DNA of 64,000 bases, taken from the NCBI RefSeq assembly GCF_009914755.1, contig NC_060926.1. One strand, given 5' to 3'. The notes below the pieces were generated by a model that saw only the letters and a list, made by a program, of their open reading frames with translations, made no database searches and was not told the DNA's origin. Positions 34,503-53,174 of the stretch are shown here, piece by piece (position 1 is the stretch's first letter; every line of letters starts with the position of its first letter). A program made the position numbers and the translations under genes. This DNA is from the human T2T-CHM13v2.0 reference genome, Homo sapiens.

Positions 34503-35559
34503 GGGGATGTAGAAGTCTTAAGGAGAAGAGGAAGTAATTGGAATTGTATGGGCTTAAAGTTCACTAGGAAAAAAAAGAGAACCACACAGCCACTTCACCT
34601 GCTCCTTCCTTTTTGTCAAAGGATGTATGTCTGGTCTTCCAGAAATAGCACTGGACTTGGCATCTCAGAGCACCTACCTGGGCCCTAATTTCTGTCTCTT
34701 CCATGGCCAGCTATACGACCTCGAACAAGTCTCTATCTTGTCACTTTTTTTTTTCAGTCAGTAATGTGAACTCTGAAATCCTTACTGTGTCAAAAACGTC
34801 AAATGCTTTTTTTTTTTAATCAAGTAATCTTTCCCAGCTTGATTTCTTAATCCTAGTTAACTGTGATCACATTAATGATTTGCTACCTTAGAATGGCTTA
34901 ATGAAACCCTTGGGCCATAGCCATCCTCTGCAGAGCTGGGTGTTCCAAATGGACATTCCACAGATGTATAAAAACAGGTGGTAACTGCTCTAACAACGCA
35001 GGGGCATTCTGTGAATCACAGCTTCAACATTTGAAAGACTTGACATGAAAAAAGATAGATTGGATTCTAAATCCACTGGCATTTTGACAAGAAATTTCAA
35101 CTTTACTTTTGCCAACATAAAAAAAGAAGAGCTTCTTTAAATGCAATTTTAAATGTCTTAAATTTGAGTGATCTTTAAAAAATTTAGAAGTTTTAGCCTC
35201 CATTTGTGCAAATTTTTCACTGATGGTGACTATTAGAAATCCGAGAGATTAAATTAAAACTCTCGATCAGGAACTGCAGGTAGTCATTTCAAAGATAAAA
35301 CCTACTTAAAAGTTTGCAGATGTAAGCTCAAGTTTCTCAATAACACTTTAAAAATACTTTATTAGGAAGCGTTATAAAATTATTCAATATTTAATTTTAT
35401 ACCTACTATATAATCTTGGTTTTACAAGTATTATATAAAGAAAATTTAGTTTTTTTAAACTAAGCTCCACTTAAAGGCCTCAAATCCCCTCCCGTTAATC
35501 CCAGTCTGCCAAATAGACATCCTGTGAAACAGATGTTTTGCCAATCTGTGAAAAACATT

Positions 35560-37660
35560 GGGAAGCATTATTTTAGGGTGTATACCTATGGGTGGAACAC
35601 TTCATTTTATTCAATAGTCATCCTTTCCCTTTCTGATCTGCAGAGAGAGTTGTGCTGTAGATAAATTTTCATCCATGCATAGGTCTGTTTCCGAGCTCTG
35701 TGTCCAATTCCATCACGTTTTTTCTATCTGTGCATCAATGTTATACTGTTTTCATTATTATGGCATTTTTATAAGTCTTCATTTTTGATAAGGCAAATTC
35801 CTCTACCTTTTTTTTAGGAGTATGCTCACTCTTTGATTTTTAAATAATTAATTAGCAGACTTTATTTTTTGAGCAGTTTTACACGTATAGAAAAATTGAA
35901 GGGAAAGTATAAACAGCTCTCATATAGCCCGTCGCCCCCACTCCTGCCTGCAGGTTCCCTCATTAATATCTTACGTTAGTGTAACACATTTGTTACAATG
36001 GATGAGCCTCTGTTGATGCTTATTATTAATTAAAGTTTATAGTTTACACTAAGGTTCTTTGTGTTACACATCTGTGGGTTTTGACAAATGTATAATTACA
36101 CGTATTCATCAATATATCATACACAACAGTTTCAGTGCCCTACAAATCCCTGTGCTCCCACCGATTCATCTGACCCTCCCTCACTTCCCCACCACCCGAA
36201 CCCCTGGCAACCACTGATCTTTTTACTGTCTCCATAGTCTTGCCCAAAAAATATGGTTGGAATTATATAGTATGTAGCCTTTTCAGATTGGCTTTTTTCA
36301 CTTAACAATGTGCACATAAGGTTCCTCTATTTCTTTTCATGGCTTAATAGATCATTTCTTTTTAGTGCTGAATAATATTCCTTTTATAGATGTACCACAG
36401 TGTATTTATCCACTCACCTACTGAAGAACATCTTTGTTGCTTCCAAGCTTTGGCAATGAAAAATAAGGTTATTCTAAACATCTGTGTGTAGGTTCTTGTG
36501 TAGATGTAAGTTTTCAGCTTATTTGGGTAAATACTAAGACGTACATACAGCTGCTGGATTGTATAGTAAGAACATGTTTAGTTTTGTAAGAAGCTGCTAA
36601 AATGTCTTCCTGAGTGGCTGTACCATTTTGCATTCCCACTAAGAATGAATGAGCGTTCCTGTTGCTCCATATCTTTGTCAGCATTTGTTGGTGTCAGTGT
36701 TTCGGATTTTAGCCATTCTAATAGGTGTGTAGTGTATCTCATTGTTTTAATTTGCAACTCGCTAATGACGTATGATACAGAACATCTTTTCATTGCTTAT
36801 CTGCCATCTGTATATCTTCCTTGGTGAAGTACTGTCTCTTTTCAAGTCTTCTGTCCATTTTTTTAATTGGGTTGTTTATTTTCTTATTATTGGGTTTTAG
36901 GAGTTCTTTGTATATTTTCCATATATCTTTTACCAGATACATGTTTTACCAAGATTTTCTCCCAGTCTGTGGCTTCTCTTTTCATTCTCTTAAACCCATT
37001 GCTTTTTATAAATTTAGGATCTGTTTAAGTTAAAAACAAAACCCTGTTGGGATTTTTATTAGAATTATATTGATTCTATAGATAGTTTGGGGAAAAATAA
37101 CATCTTTACAATATTGAGTCTTCTGGTCCATGACATTGATTTAGATTTCACTTAATATTTGTCATAAATATTTATAATTTTCTTCATAGAGGTTTTTACT
37201 AATATTTTAGTAGATTTATTCTAAGTATTATATTTTGTTGCTGTTGGAAATGTTATATTTTTAAAGATTTGTGTTTGATATTTGTTTCTGGTGTATTGAA
37301 ATACAATTGACTTTTAGATACTGATCACAACCTTGCTAAATGCTCTTCTCAATTCAAATAATTTATCCTAAGATTATTTGGGGATTCTGTGAATGGCAAT
37401 TTTGTTTCTTCCTTTCCAGTCTTCATATTTTAAATTTTCATGCCTATTAAACTAGTTAAAACTTACAGGGCAAAATTGAATTACAGAGTGATGATAGCAG
37501 GTATACTGATTTTAAAGAAAATCCTTTTACTGTTGCTCTATTAAATATAATGCATGCTTAAATGTTTTTATGTATACCTTTTCTAGGGTAAAGAATGTTC
37601 CTTTCATCCCTAATTTGCTAATGGGCTTAATGTGAATGTAAGTGTTGAGCTTTATTGAGG
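35560..37660 (-). mobile_element. Old L1M (L1MB/MC/ME) fragments, probably nested
   Basis: cccctggcaaccactgatc, ccattttgcattccc, ttagccattctaataggtgtgtagtg are L1M 3' motifs in reverse; the ORFs at 36132 and 36578 resemble degenerate ORF2. Confidence 0.8.
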
Positions 37661-38313
37661 GTTTTTTTTTTTTTTTTTTTTTGCAGCTAAAGAAAAAATT
37701 CCTTTTGCCTTTGTTACCCACAGAAACCAATTATAACTCAAGAATAAACCTCTGCCTTTGAAACATGCCTGAACTGGCCTCTGCTTGACAGCACTACCCA
37801 GTGGGTCATCCCAGAAACCCAGGCCTCTCAGGATTAGCAAAAATTTTCATTGATTTATTGAGATAATAAGATATTTTATTATTCCCCATTTAGCCAGGAA
37901 ATTAAGTTAGCCAACTACCGGAAATTATAAATTGATTTATCTTAAGCAGTATGTAACTCCAAGTGCATACCTTGGTGCAAAATTAAAACCATGAGTTAAA
38001 CATATTTCCAGTGGAGTTAGCCTAGGAAGCATTCAGTTCAGAGACACTGGACAGACAAATGCAGTATCCTAGCATATAGGAAGAGCAAAGTTATTTCATT
38101 TATTCTGGCAGCTTAGCCACCCCACACCACATGCAATGTGCCTACATTGAAGACAAAACGCTCAACAACCTGGAGAGGGGATGAGGGAGGGAGAAGTAGA
38201 AAACAGGCAGACAATAGCAATAGTGAGATTCTCTAGTGGCAGAGTATAGCAAGTGGATGTTGTCCAGTGAGCCAATGGAAGCACTGCTGTAGTGTAAGAG
38301 TCCAATTGTATTA

Positions 38314-38857
<544 letters not shown>

Positions 38858-38944
38858 TTATTCAAATTTATTTCAAGTTATTTACTTTTGCTTTCCATTA
38901 TTTGTTGGAAGATTGTATTGATATCTCTATAGTATTCTATGTAG

Positions 38945-39445
<501 letters not shown>

Positions 39446-39551
39446 TGATATTATTTATTTGTAGAATTAGTGGAACATTGCTACATAACCATAACCAGTG
39501 GTTTTCATCTGGACACCTGTATCTGTAGAATCACTTAAAAAACTGTTTAAA

Positions 39552-39801
39552 GGCAGAGGTGGGTGGATCACGAGGTCAGGAGATCGAGACCATCCTAGCT
39601 AATACCGTGAAACTCCATCTCTACTAAAAATACAAAAAATTAGCTGGGTGTGGTGGCAGGCACCTGTAGTCGCAGCTACTCAGGAGGCTGAGGCAGGAGA
39701 ATGGCGTGAACCTGGGTGGCGGAGCTTGCAGTGAGCAGAGATCGCACCACTGCGCTCCAGCCTGGGCGACAGAGTGAGACTCCGCCTCAAAAAACAAAAA
39801 A
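39552..39801 (+). mobile_element. 5'-truncated AluY/Sc
   Basis: Alu lacking the first ~45 nt, flanked by tgtttaaa. Confidence 0.9.
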
Positions 39802-40769
39802 CAATGTTTAAAACAAGTGGGAAGAAAACTACTTTGATTTTTTTTCCCCCAGAATTTCCTTGTAAAATTGGCAAGCCTTATATTTCAGTAAATAAGTAAA
39901 TATAGATATAGATGTAGACTAAATATAGATATTGACCTTATACTGGATGCCAACTGTGTGCCTTCATCTTCACATTCTTCAGAATTTTATGTAGTTTGCA
40001 TAGCATTCTCTGGAATTTATTTTTTTGTTTTGTTTTGTTTTGGTCTGGGCCAGTCCCTGGGAACCAGCTGCTTAAACCACTGGGTACAAGCAAAACCCTG
40101 TGGTCTCTGTGCACTTTCCCATCGGCACTGCTTCGATGGACATAAACCTGCAGGAGAAAGTAAACAGAGATCTGGATGGTGTTTGTTTTTAGTGTCAAGG
40201 AATGACGTCACTGCCTGAGACCATGACTTTGAGCAAATTGGTGGATGGGCACAGAAAAATCAAACCCTGGTTAAGAGGCCACATCATTAGCACACAGAGA
40301 ACAGTATATGTGCATTTCAAAAGTAGAAAACATTAACCTTTTATGAACTTTGGGTAAACTGGATGGTGTTTGTCAAGGCCAAAAAAGTGCAGTTTGTAAA
40401 ACATGCATGCTATGCTTGGGCCGATTATTTTTCTTTTAGACTAAATCTGGTGATAACAATTTTATTTATTTTTCTCCATCAGGTTGGCAAAGGCGCTTGC
40501 TTGTTTAATGTCAATGAGTTAGGGTTTCTTCCATTCCTTTTTTTGTTGCCATGGGTTCTAAGCTGTCCATCTAGGAGCCAACAGTTATAAAATCACAGAT
40601 AAAAAATAACTTGGAAATGGCCAGTTGGGACTTAAAGGTGAATCTGTGAGATTCACTCTCCATAAGGGTGTGAATTTGCGGTGGGCTTGGGAAAGCAAGA
40701 AGGGGTTGAGTGTGCTGGCAACATGAGGGCATTAATGAGTCAGATTCTCCCCTCATCAAGTACAAGTAA

Positions 40770-41073
<304 letters not shown>

Positions 41074-41812
41074 CAAGTAACTCTTAAACTGGCTACTTAT
41101 GGAAGGCTATGATCTTCTTCAGGATCACAAGAGGACCAACCAATTACTTTCAAAATCAAGAAAACACAATACAAACTTGTATGGTAGGCTAGCATTGCAA
41201 GTTAGTCACTAAGCTTGAATGAATGCATTTGGGACTTGGCAGTGGAAAACATGAAGACTGACTGGGGGCTTTACATCATATTTGCCTGAGAGCTCCACCA
41301 CTGGATGGCAGTAAAAATCCTTGGATTCCCGTCTATTCTTTCATTTTCCTTCTACTCATTAGCTAGCCTTTTTTGTCCATTTAAAAGTGCCATACTCTTA
41401 CAGTTAATTTTGACCAGAACACCTTAGTGTGATATGCATATGACATGTTAGGCTCAAGTTCCAAAATTTAAAAATAAGAAAAAAAAAAAGATAATTATGT
41501 GCATTATGGTTAAAACAAGATAAAGGGATTTGGATGATCACAAGAGTCAGGCAGTTTCTCCATTAGTTAAGATCAATACTCAGCCACTCCCATTTTTAAA
41601 ATCACATTTGGTTCAAGGTGATTAGGTATTGATTACACAGGTCTTATGGGGACTTCAAACTTCTAAATGTGGGGGGAGAATAATGGTCTCAAAATAAGGA
41701 CACAGGAGTTATTTTTTCACTGGTTATCTTCAGAATTGAACAAAAGGTTGTATAATCCCCAGTGTACACTTTCAAAAGAGGACCCATGGGCACTCAAAAT
41801 TCTCTATGACCA

Positions 41813-42110
41813 AGGCCGGGCACTGTGGCTCACGCCTGTAATCCCAGCACTTTGGGAAGCCAAGGCGGGCAGATCACGAGGTCAGGAGATCGAGACCATC
41901 CTGGCTAACATGGTGAAACCCCGTCTCTACTTAAAGTACAAAACATTAGCCAGGCGTGGTGGTGGGCGCCTGTAGTCCCAGCTACTCAGGAGGCTGATGC
42001 AGGAGAGTGGCATGAACCCAAGAGGTGGAGGTTACAGTGAGCCAAGATTGCACCACTGCACTCCAGCCTGGGCAACAGAGCTAGACTCCATCTCAAAAAA
42101 AAAAAAAAAA
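41813..42110 (+). mobile_element. AluY/Sc
   Basis: Alu consensus. Confidence 0.94.
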
Positions 42111-42370
42111 TTTCTGTGTCCAAAAGTGAACTTATCATCTCAACTTCCCAGCTTATTCATCTACGCATTCATTCATTTACTCAACAAATATTTATGGAAG
42201 ACCTACCAGACTAGTGCTGTGCATTGGGAATATAGCAGCACAGGCAAGGCTCCTGCTTCCATGGAGTTTAGATAATCTCTGCCTTGTCTGGTTGTCCAAC
42301 TCACACTCTGAAAGTCACTCACTCCCCACTCCCTTCGCATCATCTCCCCTTCCATTGTCTTCCAGATAAA

Positions 42371-42755
<385 letters not shown>

Positions 42756-43428
42756 TAATAACCCGACACACAGTCGCAAGAAATATCTTTTAATTCCGTG
42801 ATTGTAACTCACTCTTTATCCCTTTGGGACTTGGCCACAGTTGGTTCTTGCTTGGAATACTTCTCTTCTTCTTCCTACCAATACTCCTTGGTCTGACTAA
42901 ATGCCCCTTCAGGTGTCACATTAACTGTCACTTTTTCAAGGACACCTTGGTTATCTGGGTTCTCACTGCTAGCTGGCCGGTGGTTGGCAGCTGCAGAATC
43001 TCACATGGGCACGTGCTTTCTTGGACCATTCCTGCCACCATTGCAAGTGGGTCTTCTGGAAAGCAGACTGTGAAATGGAGATTAGCATGTAGGGATCGAA
43101 TTAGGGAGTGTTCTTGGGAAAATACCCCTAGAAGAGAAGAGAAGAAAATCAATATTGGGTAGAAGAACAAGAAGGATTATGATACAATCTCAAAGACTTT
43201 CTATCTCATTATAACCTTCTAAAGTTCTGCTGCTTACAGGTTTTCTTTGAAACGAATTGCATTGTTGATATCAAGAGTATTATGCACGTTCCAGCATCAA
43301 TTTCTTGGTGCATTAGCTCCCCATTGAATGACACATTGGATGAACACCACTGAGATGAATATCTCTGTCAAGGTTTCTGGAAATTTTGTTGTTCCTCTGC
43401 AGGAATACCTTTTATTCTTGTAAATTCA

Positions 43429-43858
<430 letters not shown>

Positions 43859-44700
43859 GCAGTTCTTCAAGAATGTAACTATTGAAATAGAATCCAAAAA
43901 ATGCCATAAGCTGAGACATGATAGAAATACCTATACTTTCACCCAAATGCATGGCCAATACTAAGTTGTTTCTTCATATCTTCCGTAATATTTACTATGT
44001 GACTTCCCAAAAAATTGCTGACAAAAGAGTGAATTTTAGTTTTTGGCCTTTTGTTTTATAATTATTTCAACATTTTTTGTTGTGGCAGGGAGAACCAGAG
44101 ACCCCAATGGTTTGTGGCTTTTGTTTCTTAACCGTAAAACAAAAAACCTCAAAAGAAGTTTCTGAGCAATTATTAGTAGGTTTTGTGAAATTTCTCAAAA
44201 AGCTGCTGAAATTTTTCTTCCATTTTGAATGTTTGGCTTTCAAATATCTTGTTAATCATAATAACTTTATATTATTACTAGTTAACATCTTAAGACATAA
44301 CATGCCAGCCAACTAGGAAGAATTTTATCATTAATGGCAGTGGATATAAATTCATAATTTAAATGGTCTTCTTGATAACTTTGGATTTGAAGGGACTACC
44401 TGCTGGTCTAATTATCCTACCATTCTTTTTTTTTAACCTCATATTGTGGCTGATGTAGAATTTATATTTAGAACAGAAGGGTTTGCTCTGCCATTTTCTT
44501 TAGGTTTATTCTGCTGTTGTCTTTCTTTCACCTATTTTTTTACAGAAATATTTTTAAAGCCAATTTTTCCAATATGAGGGTTAACTTAGTTAAAATTAGA
44601 TAATATTATCTAAAAATCCCTTTGCTGGGCACATGTTAATGGAAATGTCCAGTCTCACAGGAAGGAATCAATTGAGCCAGCACTGTTATCCCTTCCACAC

Positions 44701-44997
44701 TTTTTTTGAGACAGAATCTCACTTTGACACCCAGGCTGGAGTGCAGTGTCACGACAATAGCGCACTGCAGCCTTGACCTCCTGCGTTCTGGTGATCCTCC
44801 CACCTCAGCCTCCCGAGCAGCTAGGCCTACAGGTACACGCCACCATGACCGGCTGATTTATTTTTATTTTTATTTTTAGTACAGGCAAGTTCTCGCTATG
44901 TTCCCCAGGCTAGTCTTGAACTCCTGGGCTCAAGCGATCTGTCCATCTTGGCCTCCCAAAGTCCCGAGATTTCAGGAATAAGTCACTGTGCCTGGCC
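44701..44997 (-). mobile_element. AluJ
   Basis: Reverse Alu, TSD cccttcca. Confidence 0.92.
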
Positions 44998-45746
44998 CCT
45001 TCCATACTTTTTTCTCCACAGGATATCTTGAAATCACTGGGACTTGGGCACTGTCATTATAGCAGTTAGCATACCCTGACTGAGAGAACATCAAGAACAA
45101 GCTTGAAAAGTTTGGGGTCCTGTTCAGCCACATCTCCCCATTCTGCACTTCTACAAGTGGCTTTTTGAACCTCAGTACAAAATTTTACCTTTGCTCCTAT
45201 TAATTTCTCTTCTGTTGTTGGTCCCTTTCTTTAGCCTTATGTTAAGATGTTTTGAGATTCTGATTCTGACTTCCAGTATGGTTGCTGTCTCTTCCAAGTT
45301 GACATACACTCTCCATCTTTATTCAAGATATTAATGTAACTATTAAGAAGGATATCTCTTTAAGACAAAAAAAAAGTGCAATACAAAAAAACAACTTCCT
45401 TTTGCTGAGTTGCTGAGCCCCTTGTGAGGCTGACAATGGCAGGATGGTTTAGTCTGTCGTCTCCAGAGGGTTTCCTGCCAGGGGACTTCTGGATTTCAGG
45501 ATCGGCCAACATGAGTCAAACAGCTCTTGGAGCTCTTTATTCTCAAACCTTCTCTGCAAATCAGAGCTGGAGATTTCAGGATTCCCTCCCCACATTCCTC
45601 ATGACCAGTACCGCTCCCTATTTTCTCAATTTTTCATGAGTCCCTTCAAAGAGAAATAATTTAAATAAAAAGTCTTTCCCAGATTTACCTTTTGCTGATT
45701 TTCCATTTTTCCCAACTAGGCAACAAGACTTCATTTTGTTCACTGA

Positions 45747-46173
<427 letters not shown>

Positions 46174-46540
46174 CTACCTGCTTTCCATGGTGGCGGCGGG
46201 GGGGAAATCTGAATGAAAAAAGAGATTAGATCCATCCTTGAGCATGGTGGGTTTGAGGTGCCTGGAAACATCTACACAGAGATGCTGAAAGTCCATGAAA
46301 CTGACTAGTCTGAAGCTGAGAAGGCGGACTGGCTTAGTGCTCTGCAATGTGCAGATAGAATATCTATGGATACTGAGTCAGGGCTCTCACAGTGTTGGTC
46401 TCAAGGCAATCCTGGTCCTTAGAATAGACATGGAAAAAGGCACAAGGCAGAAAAGGCCCTCTTTCTTTCCATGTCTATCTCCCTCTATGATCATAGACAA
46501 CATGCGTTAAAAATCATATTATAAGCTGCTCTTAGAACTT

Positions 46541-46775
46541 GATCGCTTCAGCTCACAAGTTCAAGGCAAGTCTCGGCAACATAGCAAGACCCCATCTGTA
46601 CGAAACATTTTAAAAATTAGCCAAGCATGGTGGCATGTGACTGTCATCCCAGTTACCCGGGAGGCTGAGGTGGAAGGATCACCTAAGCCCAGGAGGGTGA
46701 GGCTGGAGTGAGCGGAGATCGTACCACTGCACTCCAACCTGGTGACAAAGGGAGACCTTGTCTCAAAAAAACAAA
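46541..46775 (+). mobile_element. 5'-truncated AluJ hosting MIR4430
   Basis: gaggctgaggtggaaggatcacctaagcccagg, a J-type right arm. Confidence 0.9.
46697..46745 (+). ncRNA. MIR4430: MIR4430 annotated hairpin (Alu-derived; mature AGGCUGGAGUGAGCGGAG at 46700-46717)
   Basis: GTGAGGCTGGAGTGAGCGGAGATCGTACCACTGCACTCCAACCTGGTGA matches my recollection of hsa-mir-4430, which lies downstream of LTBP1. It sits in the right arm of an AluJ-type element. Confidence 0.8.
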
Positions 46776-46846
46776 ACGACTCCCACCTCCAATAAAAAAC
46801 CCTCATCAACCCCAAATCTAGACAAGTAATGTCCACTTTTGCCTGA

Positions 46847-47163
<317 letters not shown>

Positions 47164-47455
47164 TTAAATCAGCTTTACCCATCCTACTGACTGGGGGAGG
47201 GTAGCGGGTAGGTGGATGGGTTGATAATTTCCACCTCCATAGCAATCACCCTAAGCCTTCTATCTTGTTCCAGTCCTACTCTTATTTTGCTTATGTCTCT
47301 GCCCACCTTCAACCTCCTAACTTTGTGGTCACTCTTTCAAATTCTGTCTGTGGTCTTTGCATTTGGTATTTGAACTTGATCTCCCTGCTATTTGAACCTT
47401 CAGTTACCCCCAACCTCAGTTACCATCATAGATTTTTCTTTGGAAGAAATACCTT

Positions 47456-48030
47456 TTATTAGTCAGGATCCATTCAGCAGACAGAAGCCACACCAGGTAA
47501 AGGAAAAGGAAAATTTTAATATGAAGAATTGCAACTAGGTAAAAAGCCATTAGCTAGGTAACTGAGAAGGGAAAAAAGATCTCTAAAGTATCACAGAGGT
47601 AAGTGGCAACTGCAGTCATCAGCTACCACCCTTTCAACTGAGGGAAAAGAGGGAAGAGATTGGAATTATTAAACTTGGAAACGTAGAGTAGGAGTCTTGG
47701 AGACTCAAATTTTCTGAGGAGTTGGTACTGGCTGGCTGGGGTTAATGTCTCTGAGTGGGTACAAAGGAGCGTGTTTTATAAATGGGACAAAATTGAAAAG
47801 CAGATTCAGCTGCTGCTGTGAGAAGGCCGTGCCTCTGCCCATTTGAAGAAGCTTTGCTCAGGTGACATCACAGGAATAAGAAGTAGACAGGAGGCAGCAA
47901 ATTCTCTCTTCTTCCTCCAGCCTTGCAGGCTCCCTCTACCACCCCCTAAAGAGCCTGAAAGGTATCTGGCTGGAAAAATAGAAATGTCGTTTGCAGTTTC
48001 TGTCCCAGCAACCCAAAGCGAGGTATAGAA
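47456..48030. mobile_element. Old ERVL-type LTR remnant (subfamily uncertain)
   Basis: tattagtcaggatcc...cagacagaagccacacca is an LTR-like start; ctcttcttcctccagccttgca lies later. Confidence 0.45.
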
Positions 48031-48436
48031 GTGTATTTGAATTTGAAAGATAATAATGCTGTAAGGTCACTGTTTCTGACCTTAGCCAGCTCCCACTCCT
48101 CCCCAGCTAATTACTTCCCACTCCTGCCTCCAGTAGAGAATGACATATTTACCATTCATTTCCCACTGTGTTCTCCAAGTCTCTGCCCTTGCCCTGGCAA
48201 TTGTAAGCAAATTGTTACTATCACTTTCCTTTCCTGATTCCACATTACTGCATGAGTAAGTTACAGTGCTCTTCAAGCAGGAGTCCACCTTGCTCTTTCA
48301 GCATGGTGAAGACAGATGATCTGCCTTACAAGCAGCTGCAGATCTTTTCCTTACCTCGAATCCTTTCTTCAGAGAAATTTGGAGGTAATTCCGAGTTTCT
48401 CTTGGGCTCCCTTCAGCAGCTTCATTTACTCAGGCT

Positions 48437-48955
48437 GTGGTCTTGTTATTTAATGTTGCATAGCAAATCACCCTAAATTGTAAAGGCTTGAAACGAGAAC
48501 AAGCAGTTGTTGTCTTTTATGGTTTCAAGGCATCGGAAATTAGGAAGCAGGTTGGCTGAGCTGGGTTGAGGTCTCTCATGAGGCTGTAGTCACGTGGTGG
48601 ATGAGGCTGGGGTCATCTTGAAAGCTCTGGCACCTGGGCCGGGAAGACTCAAGAAGCTGGGGATAGGAACAACTGGGGCTCCTTAGGTATCTGTCTACTT
48701 ATTTAGACTCTCCAAGTGGTCCTTTTCAGAGTATCTTGATTTGTACATGGAAGCCCATGCCCCACAGAGCAGTTCTCCCCAGAGAAGCCAGGAGAAGCTG
48801 TATGTCTAACTTCACTCAGAATTATCCTCACTTCTGCCACATTCTGTTCATCAAGGCGGTTACAAAAGCCCACCCAAGTTCAACAGGAGGGAACATAAAC
48901 TCTACTATTTGATGGGAAGAGTGTCAAAGAATTTGCAAGCACTTTGAAAACCACA
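48437..48955 (-). mobile_element. MLT1 (F/G/H-like) LTR
   Basis: ggtctctcatgaggctgtagtca...cacttctgccacattctgttca...gtcaaagaatttg...aaaccaca. Confidence 0.7.
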
Positions 48956-49730
48956 AGCGGCACCTCTGGCTTAGGGTTTGTGGGAAACTCTGAACCATTG
49001 TTTTTCTCATATCTAGAATTATACTCTTTCAAACAGGCAGGATTCCTGACTATACTATGTGGCATGCTCTCCTTCCTGCACATGAATATGTAAAACAATA
49101 GAAAGAAGGGACATTCAGCCTGGACACTACAGTCCTCATGCTGGTCCAGGATCAGAGATACAATCATCGGTGCTTCCTGACTGGTCCCAGGAAGACCTTT
49201 TAGGATTGTTGCCTGAAGAGTTAATTTCCATGTCAAATCTACAAAGCTCTGGGGCAGACCGCAAGCCACTGCAGCTGGTTATATTCGCCACTCTCTGCTG
49301 GCACCTCCAGGAGGGCACATAACTGTCCATGTATTATGCTGGGGCATATCACATCAAATATGGGGTCTGGCCTGAGCAGCAAACATCCACTACTGGGAAA
49401 ATGAGGCTGATCAGGCTCCATTCATGAAGATCAGAGCAACTGGTGCCTTCCTACAGGTTTGAGCCATGATAGAATTAGAGGTATGAGTGGTAGCACCAGA
49501 TTTCTGTATATGGCTTGGGAGTAACAAGTGGGTTGGGAAGGGGAGCTAAGGAGTTTGCCTGGAAGCTGCTTTCATATAACACAAATCCTATTTTACTTTG
49601 AGTGTATGTTTATTTGGGATAACTTCAGGGGTGGAGGCCAGTGGATGTCATGGGTGCCAAAAGCCTACACAGGTCACCTATTGGTGCCATTATTTGGGCC
49701 ACTATGATGTTTTAAAAATCAAGCCATGGT

Positions 49731-50209
<479 letters not shown>

Positions 50210-50596
50210 GCAATTATTTCCGGGAGGCTTGCATCATGGAGATGATGTGCACCAGGAGAGCATCCTCACAGTGTTACACAGCAGTTAGGAGGCATGTTTT
50301 TGCTGCATGGGTGTGCTTGATTTTTGAGCCTAAGACTTCCACAACTCCACTGACACAACTTGTGTTGACTGTTAATAAGACTCTCCACCTCCCCCCTGGA
50401 AGAACCAATGTTCTTTTTAATGAATACGAACAACAACTCTTCCCAACCACCCACTGCATCTAAGATAGTTCTTCTCCACACTTGTATCCATTGTCTTATC
50501 CCTGATGCCTGTAACTACTCTTTGGCACCTGGTCCACAGATACATGAAATTGTATCTTTAGAAGGCAGGGAACATGGTCTAGATCTTGAGGTGACC

Positions 50597-50941
50597 TGTG
50601 GTCTGAATGGTTGTGTCTCCCTCAGATTCATATGTTGAAACCTAATCACCAAAGTGATGGGATTAGAAGGTGGGGACTTTGAGACGTGATGAGGTCCTGA
50701 GGCCTCTACCCTCATGAATGGGATTAGTGCATTTATAAAAGAGGCCCCAAGGAGCTGCCTTGTCCCTTCCACCATGTGAAGATGCAGCAGGAAGGTTCCA
50801 TCTATGAGAAAGCAGGCCCTCACCAGACACCAAATCTGTAGGCATCCCCTTCCTAGCCTCTAGGAGTGTGAGAAATAAATTTTTGTTGTTTATAAGCTAC
50901 CCAGATTTTGATATTTTATTATAGCAGCCTGAACAAAGACA
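50597..50941 (+). mobile_element. MLT1A0-like LTR
   Basis: ggtctgaatgg...cctcatgaatgggattagtgc...ccctcaccagacacc...gtgagaaataaat...tatagcagcctgaac. Confidence 0.85.
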
Positions 50942-50980
50942 GAGGCAAAAAGCCACAGCAATAAATGAAAAGTCACATCG

Positions 50981-51419
<439 letters not shown>

Positions 51420-51606
51420 CTATTGTGAGGAGCTTCCAAATGCTTTTCACATGCCCATACTTTTAAAAATATATCCAAATAATAGGTGTGTGGCCTACTG
51501 GGTAAAAAGAAGATTCTGCTTTACTGGGAGTCAACTGACCTTAAACCCCATCCTGCTTTCCACAGAGCTGAGGGCATCTCTTTCTTGGCAACCTGTAAAC
51601 CTTGAT

Positions 51607-52079
51607 TGTGTAGTTGTTAGGAACTGCCATAGGGCTAGGGCAGTGGGGACAAATGACCACAAACTGGATGCCTTAACTCAGCAGAAATGTGTTCTCACAA
51701 TATTGAAGGCCAGAAGTCTGAAATCAAGATGTTGGCAGGACTGTGCTCCCTTTAAAGGTCCTACAGGAGAATCCTTCCTTGCCTCTTTCTAACTTATGGC
51801 GGCTCCAGGTATTCCTTGATGTTCCTTGAAGTGTAGCCACATCACTCCAGTCTTTTCCTTTGTCTTTACATGGCCTTCTTTTCTGTGTATGTCCGTATGC
51901 CCTCTCCTCTTCTCATAAGAACACCAGTAATTGGATTTAGGTCCCACCTTAAATCTAGTATAACTTCTACTTCAGATCCTCAACTAATTACATCTGCAAA
52001 TATTCTATTTCCAAATAAAGTCATATTCTGAGGTTGTAGATGAACATGAATTTTGGGGTACCATAGTCATCCCATTACA
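51607..52079 (-). mobile_element. MLT1C-like LTR
   Basis: ccacaaactgg...ggccagaagtctgaaatcaag...tatttccaaataaagtcatattctgagg. Confidence 0.8.
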
Positions 52080-52525
52080 AACATTCAGCCTAAAAATTCT
52101 CCTTGTGACTTCCCAGTGCTGAACTATTCCTTTTTATTGTTACTTACATATTCAAACATAAAACATGAACTCCCTATGTTTATTGTTCCTTTGCGAGTAC
52201 AAACCAAAACAAATACCAATTACATGCAAATGAAACAGTGAAATGAATATATTTAAATGAATAGCATTAATTTAAGGTGACAGATGACATTTTTTAAGAT
52301 TAAATTGTCCTGCACTCATATGAGTTGCACTGTCTGCTGTGGTGCACTTTCTTCAAAGTCTGTCTTGCTTCTTTAATCACTGTTCTGTCTTCTAAATATT
52401 ATAAATTTTGGTTCGTACAGTTCTCCACTGATTCATTTTCTGGGTACAAACGTGTCCTCTACTTATTTACTTACATAAATTTATTCTCTCAAATCACATG
52501 ACAACATTTGGTTAAAAGGTGGTGA

Positions 52526-53174
<649 letters not shown>
